64,000 bases of DNA from Actinomycetales bacterium. GTDB taxonomy: Bacteria > Actinomycetota > Actinomycetes > S36-B12 > UBA5976. Under the pieces are notes generated by a model. The model made no database searches. It saw nothing but the letters and a program-made list of their open reading frames with translations, and was not told the DNA's origin. Positions 37,098 through 46,990 of the stretch are shown one piece after another; position 1 is the first letter of the stretch, and each line of letters opens with the position of its first letter. The position numbers and the translations under genes were made by a program. Location of the stretch: assembly GCA_027484085.1 (NCBI GenBank), contig JAIXQF010000004.1, positions 710,162-774,161 on the forward strand, read 5' to 3'.

Positions 37098-38852
37098 CTA
37101 GAGACCAAGATCGGCTTCAAATGCGCCTTCTTCCAATCGAGCCTTTATGGCCGATAAGAAGCGAGCCGCATCCGCGCCATCAACTAAGCGATGATCGTAA
37201 GTTAAAGCCAGGTAAACCATTTGACGAATCGAAATTACGTCTGCACCTGTGTCGTCAGTCGTAACCACTGGACGTTTAACAACAGCTCCGGTACCCAAAA
37301 TTGCAACTTGTGGCTGATTGATGATTGGAGTATCAAACAGCGCACCACGACTACCGGTATTGGTAATGGTGAATGTGCCACCACTTAACTCGTCAGGGGA
37401 CAACTTGTTCGTGCGAGTGCGTTCGGCAAGATCGTTAATCTTGCGAGCGAGTCCGCCAATGTTTAGGTCGCCCGCGTCACGAATTACTGGAACCAATAAC
37501 CCACGTTCGGTGTCGACGGCGACACCAATGTGCTCAGCATCAAAATATGTGACCGTTCCGGCTTCTTGATCCAGGGTTGCATTTACATTTGGATACTGCT
37601 TTAGCGCCTCACAAGCAGCCTTTGCAAAGAATGGCAGGAATGACAGCTTCACACCTTCACGTGATTCGAACGCTGCCTTGGAACGATTGCGAAGCGAAGC
37701 TATTCGCGTGACATCAACTTCAACCACGGAAGTTAATTGCGCTGAAATCTGAAGTGATTCAACCATTCGCTCGGCAATTACTTTGCGAAGTCGAGTCATA
37801 GGTTCGGTTCGACCACGTAGATCGCTAGCTGGGGTCGCCTTTTGCGCTGAAGCAGCCGGAGCTGATTGAGTAACTGGCGCTGAAGCAGCGGCAGCTGATT
37901 GAGCAGGAGCGACGAATGGCTTTGATTCAACTGGACGGGCTTCATTAACTACTACTGGGGTAAGGGTGGTTGGCGCCGAAGCAATGTCTTCCTTGCGGAT
38001 TCGACCACCAACGCCAGTGCCAACGACAGTTGAAAGATCAACCCCACGCTCAGCAGCAATTTTGCGCACTAGCGGAGTGGCGTAGGCGTTGCTGTTATTA
38101 ACAGGTGCATTTCCAGCAGACGAAGTTTCAACTGAAGTAGTTGTGGCAGGAGCAACCGGTTCTACGGCTACCGGAGCCGCTGGAGTTGAGGTAGCTGGTG
38201 CGGATGGCGCAGGCGATGAAGTTGCGCCGGAAGCAGAGGCTGCGCCGATCGTGCCAAGTTGTCCACCAACTAGGGCTACACCGTCTTCGCCAACAGTTAT
38301 CTCCAACAAGATTCCAGATACTGGAGACGGAATCTCGGTATCAACTTTGTCGGTAGAAACTTCGAGCAAGGCTTCATCTGCAGCAACTGTGTCACCAATG
38401 GCCTTAAGCCAACGGGTTACCGTTCCTTCCGTAACACTTTCACCTAAGGCTGGAAGCAAAACTGGAGTCACCAAGCCGCCAGCAGCAGGGGCGACTGGTT
38501 CAGGAGCGGAAACTACGGGAACTTGTTCTGCTGGTGCCGGACTAGCAGGCACTTGGGCAGGTGCAGCCTCAACAACTGGTGCCGCGGTAGTTGCCGGCGC
38601 ACTGCCATTGTCGGCGCCATCCGAAATAACAGCTAATGCGCCACCAACTAGGACGACTGCGTCTTCGCCGGCAATGATCTCTGTAAGAACACCACTAACC
38701 GGCGATGGGATTTCCGTGTCTACTTTGTCAGTAGAAACTTCAAGTAATGGCTCATCGGCCGCAACCGTATCGCCAACAGACTTCAACCAACGAGTAACTG
38801 TTCCTTCGGTTACGCTTTCGCCCAGCTGGGGCATTGATACCGTAGTGGCCAC
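37098..38852 (-). CDS. sucB: 2-oxoacid dehydrogenase E2 (dihydrolipoyllysine-residue succinyltransferase/acyltransferase)
   Basis: 584 aa. Two lipoyl domains (EVSTDKV twice), Ala/Pro linkers, an E3-binding domain and the catalytic DHRLVDG. Confidence 0.92.
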   Translation of the reverse strand: MATTVSMPQLGESVTEGTVTRWLKSVGDTVAADEPLLEVSTDKVDTEIPSPVSGVLTEIIAGEDAVVLVGGALAVISDGADNGSAPATTAAPVVEAAPAQVPASPAPAEQVPVVSAPEPVAPAAGGLVTPVLLPALGESVTEGTVTRWLKAIGDTVAADEALLEVSTDKVDTEIPSPVSGILLEITVGEDGVALVGGQLGTIGAASASGATSSPAPSAPATSTPAAPVAVEPVAPATTTSVETSSAGNAPVNNSNAYATPLVRKIAAERGVDLSTVVGTGVGGRIRKEDIASAPTTLTPVVVNEARPVESKPFVAPAQSAAAASAPVTQSAPAASAQKATPASDLRGRTEPMTRLRKVIAERMVESLQISAQLTSVVEVDVTRIASLRNRSKAAFESREGVKLSFLPFFAKAACEALKQYPNVNATLDQEAGTVTYFDAEHIGVAVDTERGLLVPVIRDAGDLNIGGLARKINDLAERTRTNKLSPDELSGGTFTITNTGSRGALFDTPIINQPQVAILGTGAVVKRPVVTTDDTGADVISIRQMVYLALTYDHRLVDGADAARFLSAIKARLEEGAFEADLGL

Positions 38853-38894
38853 TGTGCCGTTACTCCTTTGTACTAGTTGTCTTTAGGTTATCGG

Positions 38895-40259
38895 TTAAGC
38901 GTGAGCATGGAGCGGCTTGCCGGCCAACGCCATGAACGCTTCTCCCATTGCTTCATTCTGTGTTGGATGGGCATGAACTAGGGGAGCCACATCTTCTGCA
39001 GTTCCTTCCCAGTTGTAAACCAATTGAGCTTCGCCGATTAGTTCACCCACGCGAGCACCAATCATGTGAACTCCGACGACTATGCCGTCACTCTTTTTGC
39101 GAACCAGTTTGATAAAGCCTGTGGTTCCTAGGATTTGGCTCTTACCATTGCCACCAAGGTTGTATTCGTAGGCCTCAACTTCGCCGTACTTTTCTTTGGC
39201 TTGGGCTTCCGTTAGACCGATACTTGCGATCTCTGGCTCGCTGTAGGTGACACGAGGAATACCAAGTTCATCAATAGTGGCTGGAGCCAGGCCAGCAATC
39301 TCCTCGGCAACGAAGATTCCTTGTTGGAATCCACGATGCGCCAATTGCAATCCTGGAACGATGTCACCAACGGCGAATACGCCAGGAACATTTGTCGCAA
39401 GGCGGTCATTTGCTAAGACAAAACCGCGATCCATCGCTACGCCTTGCTCTTCGTATCCGAGGTTTTCGGTACGAGGACCTCGTCCAACAGCTACCAACAA
39501 CAAATCAGCGGAAAGTGTTTCGCCAGATTCCAGAGTTATAGTTACAGCACCTTCATCTTGGGTCGCAGACTGAAAGCGAACCCCAGTTTTGAAATTGATT
39601 CCACGCTTGCGGTAAGCACGCTCCATTGCTTTCGACACAGCTGCATCTTCGGCCGGAACTAATGTCGGAAGACCTTCGACAATAGTGACGTCGACGCCAA
39701 ATGATTTCCAAACTGATGCGAATTCAACACCGATAACTCCGCCACCGAGAATAATCACACTCTGCGGCACGTAATCAATCAACAAGGCTTGATCGCTGGT
39801 CATGATGCGGCCAGAAATTTCAAGGCCAGGGATTGATCTTGCAAATGATCCCGTCGCAAGGACAATGTTCTTGCCTTCATAACGTTCGCCGTTGACTTCT
39901 ACGGTGTTTGGAGCGACCAGTTTGCCGGCTCCTTCAACATAAGTAATGTCACGACTCTTAACTAAGCCTTGCAGCCCTTTGTATAGGCGACCGATAACAC
40001 CGTCTTTGTATTCATTGACTTTTGTCATGTCGATGCCATTGAACGTGCTGTGCACGCCAATGTGTTCACCTTCACGGGCAGTGTCGGCAACTTCGGCCGC
40101 ATGAAGCAACGCCTTTGTGGGTATGCAACCTCGGTGCAGGCAGGTGCCACCTAGTTTGTCTTTCTCAATCAAGACGACGGAAAGTCCCAGTTGTGATGCC
40201 CGTAAAGCGCAAGCGTATCCGCCGCTTCCACCACCCAGAATTACGATGTCGTGCATCAA
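38895..40259 (-). CDS. lpdA: Dihydrolipoyl dehydrogenase
   Basis: 454 aa. GGGSGGY FAD motif and redox disulfide GGTCLHRGCIPTK. Confidence 0.94.
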   Translation of the reverse strand: MMHDIVILGGGSGGYACALRASQLGLSVVLIEKDKLGGTCLHRGCIPTKALLHAAEVADTAREGEHIGVHSTFNGIDMTKVNEYKDGVIGRLYKGLQGLVKSRDITYVEGAGKLVAPNTVEVNGERYEGKNIVLATGSFARSIPGLEISGRIMTSDQALLIDYVPQSVIILGGGVIGVEFASVWKSFGVDVTIVEGLPTLVPAEDAAVSKAMERAYRKRGINFKTGVRFQSATQDEGAVTITLESGETLSADLLLVAVGRGPRTENLGYEEQGVAMDRGFVLANDRLATNVPGVFAVGDIVPGLQLAHRGFQQGIFVAEEIAGLAPATIDELGIPRVTYSEPEIASIGLTEAQAKEKYGEVEAYEYNLGGNGKSQILGTTGFIKLVRKKSDGIVVGVHMIGARVGELIGEAQLVYNWEGTAEDVAPLVHAHPTQNEAMGEAFMALAGKPLHAHA

Positions 40260-40390
40260 TCCTCCGCAAATTAGCTTGGTGCGCTTTCGCGCTCCCTTTA
40301 GTCTTTCACGCGAGTAGACCCCAAGTCATTTCGGGTCAGAAAGATTCACTCAGAGTTAACGGCGAAGCGGATCTGCTGTGCGCAAATAGA

Positions 40391-41911
40391 TCAAAGTTCA
40401 ACGGTTCCGTCCATGACATCTTCAGCAAACGCCACCATGGTTCGGATTCCAAAGCCAACACCACCCTTATGTGTGTAACCCCAGGGGCTGCCAGGGTTGA
40501 ATGCCGGACCAGCAATATCTAAGTGCGCCCATGGCAAACCATCAGCGACAAAATCCTTTAGGAACCAGCCTGCCGAAAGCATGCCACCCTCTCTGGAGCC
40601 AACATTGGCGATATCCGCTACCAAGGAATCGAGCTCTGGGCGAAGTTCTTCAGGTAGCGGCATTGGCCAAAATTCTTCGCCAGCCCGATCTGCACTTGCC
40701 TTTACTCCGTCGCGAACTTTTGCATCGCCCATAACCCCAGCGGTGCGATGTCCAAGAGCTACTACGGCAGCGCCAGTCAGTGTTGCGATGTCCAGAACAA
40801 CGTCTGGATTGTCCTCGGCGGCACGAACTAGTGCATCAGACATAACGAGGCGACCCTCGGCGTCGGTGTTGAGCACTTCGATAGTGCGACCGCCATAAGT
40901 TGTAATGACGTCACCAGGTCGCTGGGCACCTCCACCTGGCATGTTTTCCGCGCATGCTGCATAAGCGGTAATGGAGATGTTTAGATCTAAATCTGCAATC
41001 GCTCGAATTGCTGAAATAACAGCAGCGGCTCCAGACATGTCATCTTTCATATGATGCATGTTTGCTGGTGGCTTAAGTGAGATGCCACCAGTATCAAACG
41101 TGATGCCTTTACCTACCAGTGCAACATGCTTGGTTGCACCTTTAGGGCGGTATTCCATGCGAATCAACCGAGGTGGTCGTGTTGAGCCTTGACCAACGCC
41201 CAGGATGCCTCCGTACCCGCCAGCAGCTAATGCCTTTTCGTCAAGAATTTCTACTTTCACTTTCGTACCTGACAAAAATGTCTTTGCCTCACGAGCAAGG
41301 TCTGCCGGGGCTAGATGCAGAGGAGAAGCGTTGATTAAGTTTCGGGCAAAGTTAATTCCCTCAGACAGAACCTGTGCGCGATGTAGTGCGTCACGATATT
41401 CGCTAGTTCGAGTTTTTGATGTGAACAACGAAATCGTAGCCACAGGAGTTTTGGCCTTCTTGAGTGTTGCGAATCTATGTTCAGTAAATGAGTAGGAACC
41501 AAAAGCTGCACCTTCGAGAATCGCACCAGCTTCCAATGGACTTTCCACTGTGATTGCGAAAGCTACTTTTTTGAAACCAGCAAGACTTCGCACCGCACTG
41601 CCGGCAACTCTTCGCAATCGTTCCGGCGAAATTGGTTCCTTGGTGCTGCCCAAGCCAACTCCAACAATTACTTCAGCATCGGCTAGCGAGCCAGCCGGAA
41701 TCCGAGTTACTTCATCAAGTGCACCGGTTGCACCAACATCCTTAAAGGCGGAAGCAATTTTGGTTGCAGCAGCCTTCGGGATCGAATCCGAAATGACTGA
41801 AATCTGACCATGGTTCGAGAGGCCAACTACTACGGCATTGACGTAAGCCGTAAGGGGATTACCGCTCTTGTAATTGAGGGAAGGCACGGTTGGCGTAACG
41901 GTAATGGTCAT
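40391..41911 (-). CDS. pepA: Leucyl aminopeptidase (M17)
   Basis: 506 aa. NTDAEGRL signature. Confidence 0.92.
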   Translation of the reverse strand: MTITVTPTVPSLNYKSGNPLTAYVNAVVVGLSNHGQISVISDSIPKAAATKIASAFKDVGATGALDEVTRIPAGSLADAEVIVGVGLGSTKEPISPERLRRVAGSAVRSLAGFKKVAFAITVESPLEAGAILEGAAFGSYSFTEHRFATLKKAKTPVATISLFTSKTRTSEYRDALHRAQVLSEGINFARNLINASPLHLAPADLAREAKTFLSGTKVKVEILDEKALAAGGYGGILGVGQGSTRPPRLIRMEYRPKGATKHVALVGKGITFDTGGISLKPPANMHHMKDDMSGAAAVISAIRAIADLDLNISITAYAACAENMPGGGAQRPGDVITTYGGRTIEVLNTDAEGRLVMSDALVRAAEDNPDVVLDIATLTGAAVVALGHRTAGVMGDAKVRDGVKASADRAGEEFWPMPLPEELRPELDSLVADIANVGSREGGMLSAGWFLKDFVADGLPWAHLDIAGPAFNPGSPWGYTHKGGVGFGIRTMVAFAEDVMDGTVEL

Positions 41912-42019
41912 TTGGTTCTCCGTTTAACTAGGCGATCAGCAGGCTTTCGAGACTCGTCAACCAAATCCTCGGGATTAGGTGCGGTCCAAGTGGTACAGGT
42001 TAAACGCTACTAGTACGGT

Positions 42020-43111
42020 TTGAGTATGTCTTTAGTTCCCTTACATGAAACGCATTTGTCACTAGGCGCCAAGATGGGCCCATTCGGTGGCTGGGATATG
42101 CCTATCGAATACACAGCAGGTACGGTAGCCGAGCACACGGCAGTTCGAACCGCAGTAGGTATTTTCGATGTATCCCACATGGGTAAAGTTCGAATCCTAG
42201 GAACTGGCGCCTACGCGTTTGCCAACAGTGTTTTTACAAATGACTTGGATCGAATTAAGCCAGGTCAGGCACAGTACTCAATGCTTTGCAATGAATCAGG
42301 CGGAGTCATTGACGACCTAATCGTTTATTTAGTAGGCGAAGACGAAGTGAGATTTATTCCGAATGCAGGAAATGCCAGCACTGTCGTTGCGCACTTGGAG
42401 AAACTCGCTCCGGCTGGAATTGTAATTGAAAACAATCACTTGAACCAGGGAATCATTGCCGTTCAAGGTCCAAATGCGAGCAAAGTGGTCAGCGCGCTAG
42501 GTCTACCTACAGAGCATGACTACATGGCATTCGCTGACGCTAAGTGGAATGACTTCACGGTGAGTATTTGCCGTACCGGTTACACAGGTGAGCCTGGCTA
42601 CGAGCTTGTTATCGAGAATGCTGGCCTAGTTCCAATCTGGACTGCACTGTTAGCAGCAGGCGCAGATCTTGGAATCTTGCCGTGCGGTCTCGGCGCCCGC
42701 GACACCCTGCGCACCGAGATGGGTTATGTGTTGCATGGACAAGACATCAGCCCTGAAATCAGCCCAGTCCAAGCCAGGACTGGTTGGGCCGTAGGTTGGA
42801 ATAAGCCAGAATTTTCTGGCAAAGCCGCTTTGACGGCCGAAAAAGAATCCGGTGCGGAGCGAGTCGCTTGGGGATTACTTGCAACCGGCCGCGGAATTCC
42901 ACGCAGTCACATGCAAGTTAAGGCATCGACTGGCGAAGTTGTTGGCGAAACTACAAGTGGAACGTTTTCTCCAACTTTGCAAAAAGGAATCGCGTTGGCA
43001 CTTTTGTCGCCAAGCGTTGCACTTGGCGACACCTTGCTGATTGATGTGCGTGGTCGCGACTTAGAAGTTGTCGTAACAAAGCCACCGTTTGTGGATTCAA
43101 CGACTAAGTAG
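42020..43111 (+). CDS. gcvT: Glycine cleavage system aminomethyltransferase T
   Basis: 363-aa full-length GcvT translation. Start is either the TTG at 42020 or the ATG at 42026. Confidence 0.92.
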   Translation: MSMSLVPLHETHLSLGAKMGPFGGWDMPIEYTAGTVAEHTAVRTAVGIFDVSHMGKVRILGTGAYAFANSVFTNDLDRIKPGQAQYSMLCNESGGVIDDLIVYLVGEDEVRFIPNAGNASTVVAHLEKLAPAGIVIENNHLNQGIIAVQGPNASKVVSALGLPTEHDYMAFADAKWNDFTVSICRTGYTGEPGYELVIENAGLVPIWTALLAAGADLGILPCGLGARDTLRTEMGYVLHGQDISPEISPVQARTGWAVGWNKPEFSGKAALTAEKESGAERVAWGLLATGRGIPRSHMQVKASTGEVVGETTSGTFSPTLQKGIALALLSPSVALGDTLLIDVRGRDLEVVVTKPPFVDSTTK

Positions 43112-43134
43112 AAGCTAACGCGACTTCCCTGGAG

Positions 43135-43908
43135 TTAGTTGTTTCGCTCTGGGATCACTACAGGTCCGGATTCATGGTTAATTACCGTAACCTTTGCCCC
43201 GTAATGCTTAGCAATGTTCTCAGGAGTTAAAACCGTTTCAGCCGTTCCGGAGACTACAACGCTGCCTTCTGCAAGGAGCATTAATCGATCTGGGTAAAGG
43301 CCGGAAACAGTTAAATCGTGCATGGTAGAAATCACCGCGATTTTCTTCTCGTTACGAAGTTTGTCGATTAACTCCAAGACTTCTTGCTGGTAACCGACAT
43401 CAAGTGCCGTGGTGGGTTCATCCAAAAGGATTATCGGACTTGCCTGTGCCAGGGCGCGAGCAATTGCAACTCGCTGTCTTTCACCACCTGAAAGGGTTGC
43501 CACATCACGATCTATGAATTGATCAAGATCCAATTCTGAAATCACATAGTGCGCGATTTCCAAATCTTTGGGGGATTCAGTTGCCAGCATCTTTAGGTGA
43601 GCTGTTCGTCCTAGTAGTACATAATCAAACACCCGCATTCCGGCAGGCATTATTGGTTCCTGGGCTACGTAAGCAATCCAACAAGCGCGATCGCGCTCGG
43701 AAAGTTCGCGGACATTTGATTCGTCAATCATCAGTTCGCCACTCGACGGAATAATTCCAGCGAGCGCCTTTAGGAGTGACGACTTCCCAGCGCCATTGGG
43801 TCCGATGATGCAAACCCATTGGCCAACAGATATCTCAAGATCTATGTTGTTAACAATTGTTTTGCGTTCAAGTTCAACTTGTAAACCGCGCACCTTAAAG
43901 CTGGTCAT
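43135..43908 (-). CDS. ABC transporter ATP-binding protein (FecE/BtuD type)
   Basis: Walker A GPNGAGKSS, signature LSGGERQRV, Walker B ILLDEP. 4-bp overlap with the permease gene. Confidence 0.9.
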   Translation of the reverse strand: MTSFKVRGLQVELERKTIVNNIDLEISVGQWVCIIGPNGAGKSSLLKALAGIIPSSGELMIDESNVRELSERDRACWIAYVAQEPIMPAGMRVFDYVLLGRTAHLKMLATESPKDLEIAHYVISELDLDQFIDRDVATLSGGERQRVAIARALAQASPIILLDEPTTALDVGYQQEVLELIDKLRNEKKIAVISTMHDLTVSGLYPDRLMLLAEGSVVVSGTAETVLTPENIAKHYGAKVTVINHESGPVVIPERNN

Positions 43909-44939
43909 GAAACATTCCCATTCTTACTGGTGCCAAGCACAAACAAAAAGAATGGTGCGCCGAGGAGGGCTGTCACGACTCCAATGGATATTTCTTGTGG
44001 TGCCAGGATTGTGCGCGCCAGCACGTCAGCCAGAACTAAAAAGATTCCACCGTAGACAACGGAAAGTGGCAAGAGAATTCGGTAAGAGTTTCCAACGATT
44101 AATCGGAGAATATGCGGAACAATGATTCCGACAAACCCAATCAGACCTGTGACCGCCACTGCTGCTGCAGTTCCTAAAGAAGCAGCCACGATGATCGCGC
44201 CTCTAGCTCTAGCAACGGGCAGCCCCATAGTTAACGCTTCCTCGTCTCCTACGGCAAAGACGTCAAGCACTCGGCGGTATCGAAGTAAAACAACGATGCA
44301 AACCAGAATGTATGGCGTGATGATTGCCAAATCATTCCAACCTGAAGTTGAAAGTCGGCCAAGTACCCAGGCATAGATTTCCCGAATCTTGTCGGTGTTC
44401 TGTTGTTGCAGCAAAGTTTGAATCGCAGTCAACAAGCTAGCTACGGCTACACCAGCCAGTACTAAAGCAGTTGACGACCGTCCTGCAATAGCCGATCTAC
44501 CTAAGGAGTAGGTGAGAAATACTGCGCCAAGCGCCCCAACAAATGCCGCTAATGGCAATACGAGCCGATTCCCACCAGAGCCATTGAAAATCGCAACAGT
44601 TGCGCCCAGACCAGCACCTGCAGATACGCCTAAAAGATAAGGGTCAGCCAGCGGGTTTCGAAAGGTTCCTTGGTAAGCGCAACCAGCACTTGCAAGCATT
44701 GCACCCACAACAAATGCCAGCAGTACGCGGGGGAGCCGCAACTGCCAGATGATGGTTGATTCAGAACTCGTTGAATTCGAAACTGTTCCAAATAGATTGC
44801 TAGAAATCTCCGACCAGACCGTAAGTGCTGGGAGTGAAACGGCTCCGATGGAGACTCCAAAAGTCAGGGTAAAAAGAACAGCGACAGCACTAAGGAGCCA
44901 TACAAATGGTGTGATCCGTCGGGCTGTCGCTGCTCTCAT
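43905..44939 (-). CDS. FecCD/BtuC-family ABC permease
   Basis: 344 aa with about 9-10 TM. FecCD pattern. Confidence 0.88.
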   Translation of the reverse strand: MRAATARRITPFVWLLSAVAVLFTLTFGVSIGAVSLPALTVWSEISSNLFGTVSNSTSSESTIIWQLRLPRVLLAFVVGAMLASAGCAYQGTFRNPLADPYLLGVSAGAGLGATVAIFNGSGGNRLVLPLAAFVGALGAVFLTYSLGRSAIAGRSSTALVLAGVAVASLLTAIQTLLQQQNTDKIREIYAWVLGRLSTSGWNDLAIITPYILVCIVVLLRYRRVLDVFAVGDEEALTMGLPVARARGAIIVAASLGTAAAVAVTGLIGFVGIIVPHILRLIVGNSYRILLPLSVVYGGIFLVLADVLARTILAPQEISIGVVTALLGAPFFLFVLGTSKNGNVS

Positions 44940-44949
44940 TTTGATGCGC

Positions 44950-45879
44950 TTATTTAGCGGTGACGGTTAACACGCCATCGACAATTGCTTTCACAAAGTC
45001 AACTGTGCGAGGACCCCATCGAGAAGCTACGTCATCATCTAGTTCGACAACGTTGCCGTTTGCAACTGCAGATAATCCTTCAAAGCCTGGGCGCTGCTTG
45101 ATGGTTTCAGCTGTTTGCCCACAGCACTTAGTGTCTGCAAGGAAAATGATTGCTGGATCGGCATCTACAATGAACTCAGGTGACAGTTGCGGATATCCAC
45201 TATCTGCTCCAGCCGCTGTGTCTGCGATGTTGGTCAGACCAGCAAGTGCATAAATTGAGCCAATGAACGTTGCCGAAGTAACGGTGTACAAGGTGTTGTC
45301 CAACTCATGGAAGTAAGTTAGGCCAGCAGCTTCTGCTGGAACTTGCGCGATTGCCGCATCAACGTCCGATTGCATTTGTGCGCTAAGCGCATCTGCATTC
45401 TCAATTTGTCCTGTTGCAGCGCCTAGCTCTGCGATTTGTAAGTAAGTTTCATCTAATGTCGTAGCGGCATATTGGACGAGAACTGGAATCTCCGCACTTG
45501 TGAGTGCAGCAACAATGCCATCCACGTCAAAACTAACGACAACGAGATCTGGTGATAGCGCAACGATTGACTCGAGGTTAGGGGTGAAGCCAGATAGATC
45601 AGAGATTGGAGCTTCTGCTGGGAAGTTGGACTGGTCATCTACTGCAACAACTTGATCACCGGCACCAATTGCGAACAAAATTTCCGTAGCAGTCGGTGAA
45701 AGGGAAATGATTGCATCTGGCTGTTCTGGAATAACAACGGTCACTCCGTTGTTCTCAATTGTTACCGGGAAACTTGCAGCAGCAGGGGTCTCATTGCCAG
45801 TGGAGCTTTCGTTTGATTGGCCACAAGCAGTTAGTAATAATGCGCTAACTGCTACGACCACATGGATTTTCTTGAACAT
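44950..45879 (-). CDS. Lipoprotein, class-8 periplasmic binding protein (BtuF-like, cobalamin/siderophore type)
   Basis: The start at MFKKIHVVVAVSALLLTACGQ carries a lipobox (LTAC). An SD CAAGGAG precedes this ATG. The longer ORF start at 45921 is rejected. Confidence 0.85.
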   Translation of the reverse strand: MFKKIHVVVAVSALLLTACGQSNESSTGNETPAAASFPVTIENNGVTVVIPEQPDAIISLSPTATEILFAIGAGDQVVAVDDQSNFPAEAPISDLSGFTPNLESIVALSPDLVVVSFDVDGIVAALTSAEIPVLVQYAATTLDETYLQIAELGAATGQIENADALSAQMQSDVDAAIAQVPAEAAGLTYFHELDNTLYTVTSATFIGSIYALAGLTNIADTAAGADSGYPQLSPEFIVDADPAIIFLADTKCCGQTAETIKQRPGFEGLSAVANGNVVELDDDVASRWGPRTVDFVKAIVDGVLTVTAK

Positions 45880-45883
45880 TTTT

Positions 45884-46075
45884 CTCCTTGTGTGGTCGAA
45901 GAAATATCCGACGCAACACACACAAGGTGTGATTCGGCGAACTCTTCCTCGAGAGTTTTTACGACAACCACATTCCCAGGCGACCTGACTTGTGACTGTT
46001 CAGTCACTTCACAGTTGCGGGACAGCGTCGGATTTTCACCGAACTTCGCTGGTAACGCGGTATCAGGAGGTTAGC
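45884..46075 (-). promoter_or_regulatory. Cobalamin (B12) riboswitch with an SD-sequestering expression platform
   Basis: Minus strand contains GGTGAAAATCCGACGCTGTCCCGCAACTGT (core) and AAGTCAGGTCGCCTGGG (B12 box). CCTTGTGTG can pair with CACACAAGG, which overlaps the SD of the binding-protein gene. Confidence 0.8.
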
Positions 46076-46118
46076 ACAGATGAAAGTTGACTTGGTGCAA
46101 CCCCCAAAAAATAAAAAG

Positions 46119-46334
46119 CTATTCGGCAGGCTTAAGCGACATCGGACCGTAAACTTCGCGGTCGTCTTCATAAAGAGTTACGGCCTCAACTCCACCGGCA
46201 AGAAGCTCTTCCCAAGTTTGGCCAATGAATTCTTCGGCATCAGCTTGAGTTGGAAATTGGGTAACGACAGCTTCAGGTGGGAGAGCAGGTGATGGCGAGC
46301 CATCTTCATTTTGATAAATCCAAGTCCACGCCAT
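46119..46334 (-). CDS. Small acidic hypothetical protein
   Basis: 71-aa ORF with clean coding appearance. No family recognised. Confidence 0.5.
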   Translation of the reverse strand: MAWTWIYQNEDGSPSPALPPEAVVTQFPTQADAEEFIGQTWEELLAGGVEAVTLYEDDREVYGPMSLKPAE

Positions 46335-46373
46335 GATTAACTCTCTCTCGCTTTTCCAACTCTGGCTATGTTG

Positions 46374-46967
46374 CTATTTCTTAATCTTAGGCGTGACAGG
46401 CTTGCCACCGGCTTTAATTCGCGGCGGCGGAATTCTGAATCGTCGAAGTTGCAGGGCCCTTAGAACGCCGTAGGAAACAGCGCCCTTTCGATCAGACTTT
46501 GCCGGAAATTCTTTTCGAAGCGATCGTCCAAGAAGGATTCCAACCAAAATTGTGTCGAGCACGACCAAGAGCAAGACACTTGTCCAAACATATACAACTG
46601 TGGTTTGAACAGTCGGATTGTTGACCAAGCCAAGAAGTAAAACTACAAATGCAAACGGCACAAAGAATTCGCCGACTGTACGACGACGATCAATGAAGTC
46701 ACGAACGGCAGCTTTGACGGGACCGGCATCACGACGCGGGAAGTAGGCAGGATCACCAGCCATTAATCCAGCGCGAGACTTAGCGCGAGCTTCGCGATCT
46801 CGATCACGTGCTGCTCGACGAGCGGCTTTTGGATCCTTTGGGACAGTTATGCCTTGCTTTCGAGCAGATTCGGCTTCTTTTCGCTTGGGCGTTGGTCGGC
46901 CCTTGCCTGATTCGCCTTTACCGGAATCGTTAGCGCCAATTTCATCTACGGTCTCGTCATTACTCAT
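46374..46967 (-). CDS. DUF3043-like membrane protein
   Basis: 197 aa. Basic N-terminus (GKGRPTPKRKEAE) followed by two TM segments. Syntenic position next to glycerate kinase. Confidence 0.72.
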   Translation of the reverse strand: MSNDETVDEIGANDSGKGESGKGRPTPKRKEAESARKQGITVPKDPKAARRAARDRDREARAKSRAGLMAGDPAYFPRRDAGPVKAAVRDFIDRRRTVGEFFVPFAFVVLLLGLVNNPTVQTTVVYVWTSVLLLVVLDTILVGILLGRSLRKEFPAKSDRKGAVSYGVLRALQLRRFRIPPPRIKAGGKPVTPKIKK

Positions 46968-46990
46968 AGCGGTAATGCTAACTTACGAGG

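Noticed and set aside
37098-38852. Internal duplication of about 200 bp in sucB
   Set aside because: The two copies are the normal tandem lipoyl domains of E2. They are diverged at synonymous sites, so this is not a recent repeat or assembly artefact.
38089-38886. 265-aa ORF antisense to sucB
   Set aside because: It mirrors the Ala/Pro-rich linker and lipoyl domains of a confidently called gene. Its composition (A/G/T/S/P runs) is typical of antisense frames, and it has no start context.
41912-42019. Expected a glycine riboswitch upstream of gcvT
   Set aside because: The 108-bp leader lacks the conserved GGAGAG...CACCG / CTCTGGAGAG elements, so there is no support for one.
42170-42205. GTTCGAATCC (tRNA T-loop-like string)
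   Set aside because: It lies inside the gcvT reading frame (SHMGKVRILG). The flanking bases cannot form a T-stem or acceptor stem.
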